Shown: in pieces, positions 59,605-64,000 of the stretch
Layout: every line of letters starts with the position of its first letter
Numbering within the stretch: the first letter of the stretch is position 1
Assembly (NCBI GenBank): GCA_048485835.1
Contig: DBFWBE010000003.1
Location: forward strand, 86,399-150,398
Reading direction: 5' to 3'
Source: Collinsella sp.
GTDB taxonomy: Bacteria; Actinomycetota; Coriobacteriia; Coriobacteriales; Coriobacteriaceae
DNA: 64,000 bases
Made by a program: the position numbers and the translations under genes
Notes under the pieces: generated by a model
What the model was told of the DNA's origin: nothing
What the model saw: only the letters and a program-made list of their open reading frames with translations
Database searches by the model: none

Positions 59605-60237
59605 CTACCCCCTCTTCCTTGCGGCGTCGGCAGCACGGCGCGCCAGCGCATCGGCGCGCGGCAGCCACGTATCCAGCAGATCGTCGCACGCTGCCTCGAG
59701 TTCCTCGGCGCGCGCCCGGTCTTTCATAGATGTGGTGTTGGCGAAGAGCGTCAGGCTCGCACCCTGCATGGCGGCGCGGCAGAACACGGCACCGCACGCC
59801 ACGTCGGACAGCAGTTGGCGCGAGCCTTTGTCTGCCATGTCCTCGAGCAGTGCCAGCGCACGACCGCAGGCACCCATAATGCGGTACGGCGGCATGGCTG
59901 CCACATGCAACGCATCTTGAATCGCAGCCGGTCGAGCCGGATCCTCGCGCGAAATACCGTACGCCGCCGACACCTGCCCGTAGGCTCGAACATCCTCGGC
60001 AACCAAGTCGACAAGCTCCTGAGCCAGCTCGTCTGCCTGGGCAAACGCGTGCGTCAAATCGTCCGCGCGATCGGCAAGCGCGGGGTTCGTCGCCCCGTAG
60101 CGAGCAACCATCCCGCAAAGCGAGGCGCCCAGCGCGCCCACAAAGGCGCTCGCGCTACCGCCGCCGGGAACCGGCTCGCGCGCGGCCAGCGCCTCGGCAA
60201 ATCCACGGCAGGTCTTGTCCATCATCTCTTGGCTCAT
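59605..60237 (-). CDS. Cyclodeaminase/cyclohydrolase family protein (FchA / FTCD_C)
   Basis: PVPGGGSASA..GALGA.L..MV, D..AY, SDV. Upstream of folD. Confidence 0.88.
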   Translation of the reverse strand: MSQEMMDKTCRGFAEALAAREPVPGGGSASAFVGALGASLCGMVARYGATNPALADRADDLTHAFAQADELAQELVDLVAEDVRAYGQVSAAYGISREDPARPAAIQDALHVAAMPPYRIMGACGRALALLEDMADKGSRQLLSDVACGAVFCRAAMQGASLTLFANTTSMKDRARAEELEAACDDLLDTWLPRADALARRAADAARKRG

Positions 60238-60398
60238 ACGTATGCACCTTCAAGTCATATAGATCGGTCGGGCGGCAACCGCCGACCAACCGCATCAAAC
60301 ACGTAATGATGCTAAGTCTAGCCCATAAGCACATGAGCGTCAGCACACCTGGCCATCGCGGATTTCTATGACGAACGATAGGCGTCGGCGCCGCAAAC

Positions 60399-60417
60399 AT
60401 GGGACACATGGCCCACC
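60399..60417 (+). promoter_or_regulatory. 19-bp motif repeated upstream of both lipoprotein paralogs (copy 1)
   Basis: ATGGGACACATGGCCCACC, identical at 61362-61380. Confidence 0.6.
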
Positions 60418-60614
60418 TTTCGAGACTTCCGGGCAGCGGCAACTGGGGCATACATTATAGGTAAGGAGCCCTATGTTGGGGCAAGCTCATCACGGCACCG
60501 GACGACGAATGGAAGAATAACCGCACAGTAAACAAAGACATCATGGACATGCGTAACCGCCGCCCCAGCGATCCGCGGCACACGATGTCCCTGGCAGACA
60601 AGGAGGACGCCACC

Positions 60615-61211
60615 ATGAAGAAAAAGACCCTATCGATCCTTTCCCTTTGCATCGCCCTCTTTGCCGCGTTTGCCCTTGTCGGCTGCGGCGGGAGCGCATC
60701 GGGCGGCGGCAGCGCCCCCAAGAGCGAGAGCAAGGAAAAGGTCCCCGTCGCCAAGAAGACCGACTTTATCTGGTTTAAGGTCGAGATGCCCGAGAGCGTT
60801 GGCGTGAGCGACTCCGCCGGCAAGAACGCCGACAGGGTCCAGCTCACCTTCCCCGAGAACGAGAACACCACGGTTGACCGCTTCATACCTGTTTGGGAAG
60901 AGAAGATGACGGCAGAAGAGGCTCTTGCCGATGAAGGTCGAAAGAGCAGCATGTTCCAGTGGGAAGTTGGCGACCCCGTCGAGTACAACGGCAGGACATG
61001 GCTCACCGGAACGTGCAAGGACAACCGCGGCACCCATACCTATCTCTTTACCGACGTTGAGCCGGGAAGCGTCTGCGTTCTCATCGCGAACTTCGACCTG
61101 CACAAGAAAGAAGCCGAGGCGCTTCTCAACTCCATCGAGTTCCCCGACGACATGAAGAAAGCAGTTGACGAGGCACGTGAAGTCGAGATTTCGAGCATCG
61201 AGATCAAGTAA
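60615..61211 (+). CDS. Hypothetical lipoprotein
   Basis: AGGAGG RBS, MKKK + hydrophobic stretch + LVGC lipobox. Paralog of 61453-62046. Confidence 0.85.
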   Translation: MKKKTLSILSLCIALFAAFALVGCGGSASGGGSAPKSESKEKVPVAKKTDFIWFKVEMPESVGVSDSAGKNADRVQLTFPENENTTVDRFIPVWEEKMTAEEALADEGRKSSMFQWEVGDPVEYNGRTWLTGTCKDNRGTHTYLFTDVEPGSVCVLIANFDLHKKEAEALLNSIEFPDDMKKAVDEAREVEISSIEIK

Positions 61212-61361
61212 CGGGGCACCCGTACGCGCCTACGCGAACCCGCGTAGGCGCGCCCCATTAAAACAACGGGCGCCCAACCCGGGGAGAGCCGACAGCACCG
61301 GCCCTCCCCTCTTTTGGACCCGTGCATATTGCCACTTAACGGCGCAAATCCGGCCCTCAGA

Positions 61362-61380
61362 ATGGGACACATGGCCCACC
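61362..61380 (+). promoter_or_regulatory. 19-bp motif, copy 2
   Basis: ATGGGACACATGGCCCACC. Confidence 0.6.
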
Positions 61381-61452
61381 CGAAGGAGCCGTCCACGCGT
61401 ACAGTAAAGGGAGGTAACCCATGGACGATTACAGATCGAGGAGGACACGACC

Positions 61453-62046
61453 ATGGAAAAGAAGGCCTTTGCGATTCTCACCCTCTGCATCAGTCTCTTT
61501 GCCGCGGTTGCCTTGGTGGGTTGCGGTGGCAGCGGCGGCGCTACCGGCAGCGGCGGTGGCGGTGGAGCGGAAAAGCCAGCCGTGGATATGAGGACTGACT
61601 TCATTTGGTTTAAAGTCGAGGTGCCCGAGGGCGTCGAAATCACGGACGTTGCAGGCGATACCGCCGACAGGGCCCAGTTTAAGTTCACCGAGAGCGAGCA
61701 TGCCAGTGACCGCTTCATCCCCGTCTTCGATCCTGACAAGAACGCCGATGAACTGTTCGACTACGAGGCAAAGTGGAAGACCAACTCCGGATGGACCGAG
61801 AGCGATCCCGTTAAGTACAACGGCAAGACCTGGCGCAGCGCCTACTTTACGCACTCGGGCGGCGTGACGACCGAGTACTTCACCGACGTTGACGGTGGCA
61901 GCGTGTATGTGCGTATCGACAACGTCGAGGAACACAAGGACGCCGTCGAGACCATGATGAAGTCCCTGGAGTTTGCCGGCGACATCGCCGAGGCCAAGAC
62001 CGAGGCCATGGACGTCAAGCTCGACGATATCGAGATCAAGCGCTAA
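61453..62046 (+). CDS. Hypothetical lipoprotein (paralog)
   Basis: LVGC lipobox. Shares TDFIWFKVE, DRFIPV, DPV.YNG.TW, FTDV..GSV, IEIK with the upstream paralog. Confidence 0.85.
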   Translation: MEKKAFAILTLCISLFAAVALVGCGGSGGATGSGGGGGAEKPAVDMRTDFIWFKVEVPEGVEITDVAGDTADRAQFKFTESEHASDRFIPVFDPDKNADELFDYEAKWKTNSGWTESDPVKYNGKTWRSAYFTHSGGVTTEYFTDVDGGSVYVRIDNVEEHKDAVETMMKSLEFAGDIAEAKTEAMDVKLDDIEIKR

Positions 62047-62351
62047 GCGACTGGCGAGTGCAGCGGGAAACACGGGCGCAGTGCAAACAAGCGACGGTAC
62101 CCCAGCGCTTCGTACCCAGGGAGGGCCGGTAAACCGACCCTCCCTTTCTTATGCCGGTAGCCAACGAACGCGAGGATGCCGGACGCCGGAACCGCTCCAA
62201 ATGTAGCAACAGTACGAAAACGACAAGCACCCCAACACGTCCGCCCGCCGATTTATTGCGCCGCGCAGACAATTAAACCAGCATCTTTAAACATCTGAGC
62301 AGTATAGTGACCAAAACTATCGCATAACCGCACCCTGCGAACGGAGGAGTT

Positions 62352-64000
62352 ATGACCGAACACCACGCCATCAGCCGTCGAGCATTCACGTTGGGCCTAG
62401 GACTCGCAGCATTGTCGCCATTTGTAAGCCTGCCCGAAACCGCGGGATTGGGCCTTCCCATGCGCGCGGCATTTGCAGAAGACACGCCCACACCGGCGGC
62501 CAACCTCGACAAGTTCGTCATTCGCCTTCGCCCCGCGGGCTATTTTCGCACCGCGAGCGTCAACGAAGACGGCAACGTCATCGGCAACGTCTGCCACCTA
62601 TTTAATGACGGCACGTCCAGCAAGCTCATCCTTGAGCACGTAGAGACCGATACAGAAAATACAAATTGGTATGCCATCCGCACCCTGCTCAATTTCGAAG
62701 AGCACAAGAAGACGGGCTACAGCATTTGGTCGGTCGATGGCGACTCGGACAAAGATGGAAAGGTCATCCACGTATGGAGTGGCGAGCACGACGACAAGCC
62801 CAGCCGCTCTTTTGCGTTCGACCGCCAGTCAAACGGAACCTACATCATCCGAGACCGCACAAACGAGAAAAAAGATATTAATTACCTGGCCATAGAAAAG
62901 GACGGCAAAGACCAAGACAACAACAAGATCTGCCACAAGAGGAAGAGCATTCCGTGGGGGCTCGAACTTGTCGGTTACGACAAGGGCGAGATCAATACCA
63001 CGGTTAGAAGCATCGACTGGATCACGTATAGCAGCTACGTCGACGGACCATGCTGGATGAAATACGTCGACGGCAACAAATACCTCGACGAGCTGAGCAT
63101 CCCGGGCACGCATGATTCAAGCACCTGCAGCGTCGACAACGACACCGAGCCCCAAACCTCGCTTGCAAAGTGCCAGCAGGATTACATCCCCACGCAGCTG
63201 CTCGAAGGCATTCGCTATTTTGATATCCGACTTGGAAAGAACAACGAGAACGGCGACCCCGGCATCGACCATGGAATATGCTACCTGCTCAAAAAAGACG
63301 GGGGCTTTATACATCTCTCCGATGTCATCGGTTACTTCAAAACATTTTTGAACGAAAACCCGTCAGAAGCGCTCATCATGCTGGTGTCACGAGGCAACGA
63401 CGAAGCCACCGACGACAGTGTTACGACGGCTTTCGCCAATGTTATGGGCAATAACTCCGATCTGTTCTATACGTCGAGCCATGTCCCCACACTGAACGAG
63501 GTGCGCGGAAAGATCGTCCTGCTGCGTCGATTTAAACTCGCCGGCGACAGTGTAGACGGCCACACGTGGGGCCTCGACCTCACCGAATGGGACGACAAAA
63601 TCAAGGCGCATTCCGGAAAGTCCATGTGCCTCGTGAAATACGAGCAAGGCTTTGAGGCTGCGGGCAATACGGGCGACAAAGAGCCCTATAGCACAGCGGT
63701 ATATGCCCAAGACCATTACAGCTGCACGGGATCCAGTAAGATCGACTGGGTCGATATGGCCCTGAAGGCGGCGGCCGAGTTCGAGCCCAGCACCGTAGAT
63801 ATCACTGCCGCGGACGGGACAACGGTGCAGGCAACGGAGCGCTGCTGGTTTATTAACTACACTAGCTGCACGCAAAACAACCCTTTTACCGCAGCGCGAG
63901 TGGTCGACGAGCACCTGTACAAGAGCTCGTATATAAACAATACCGGAGTTGAGGGCACAAAAGAGAACTGCCGTAAGCGCATTGGCATCATTGCGTCCGA
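62352..64000 (+). CDS. Exported phosphatidylinositol-specific phospholipase C-like protein (3' end runs off the window)
   Basis: GGAGGAG RBS, ATG 62352. Manual translation MTEHHAISRRAFTLGL..., then WMKYV...LSIPGTHDS, QLLEGIRYFDIR, DHG, NPSE, EVRGKIVLLRRF. Absent from the ORF track. Confidence 0.85.
   Translation, partial: MTEHHAISRRAFTLGLGLAALSPFVSLPETAGLGLPMRAAFAEDTPTPAANLDKFVIRLRPAGYFRTASVNEDGNVIGNVCHLFNDGTSSKLILEHVETDTENTNWYAIRTLLNFEEHKKTGYSIWSVDGDSDKDGKVIHVWSGEHDDKPSRSFAFDRQSNGTYIIRDRTNEKKDINYLAIEKDGKDQDNNKICHKRKSIPWGLELVGYDKGEINTTVRSIDWITYSSYVDGPCWMKYVDGNKYLDELSIPGTHDSSTCSVDNDTEPQTSLAKCQQDYIPTQLLEGIRYFDIRLGKNNENGDPGIDHGICYLLKKDGGFIHLSDVIGYFKTFLNENPSEALIMLVSRGNDEATDDSVTTAFANVMGNNSDLFYTSSHVPTLNEVRGKIVLLRRFKLAGDSVDGHTWGLDLTEWDDKIKAHSGKSMCLVKYEQGFEAAGNTGDKEPYSTAVYAQDHYSCTGSSKIDWVDMALKAAAEFEPSTVDITAADGTTVQATERCWFINYTSCTQNNPFTAARVVDEHLYKSSYINNTGVEGTKENCRKRIGIIAS

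Noticed and set aside
60238..60400. Possible THF or ZTP riboswitch upstream of fchA-folD
   Set aside because: Only a short GC hairpin is visible, and the consensus elements were not found.

Overview
GC-rich actinobacterial chromosome segment. Gene content and style suggest Coriobacteriia, probably Collinsella-like (inference). It is mostly housekeeping and metabolic genes: serC-serA, a metal homeostasis cluster (ArsR/HMA/CadA, DtxR-family regulator, His-rich permease), pstSCAB, peptidases, tgt/queA/queH, a probable bile-acid 12-alpha-HSDH, an atypical metG, class III fbp, and fchA-folD. Accessory elements are: an IS1595-family element at the left edge; a Vsr/DUF559-like endonuclease gene followed by a ~255-bp terminal-inverted-repeat element; a primase-helicase-PLD (TOTE-like) gene bracketed by ~70-bp palindromic direct repeats next to a RelB/YafQ toxin-antitoxin pair; a cobalamin-riboswitch-led operon carrying five DUF4430 domains; two paralogous lipoproteins sharing an upstream motif; and a Tat-exported PI-PLC-like protein running off the right edge. 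The intergenic DNA is unusually rich in several families of palindromic repeats, some with compensatory changes. No CRISPR array, rRNA or tRNA was seen. All protein family calls are from motif recognition by eye, not database searches.
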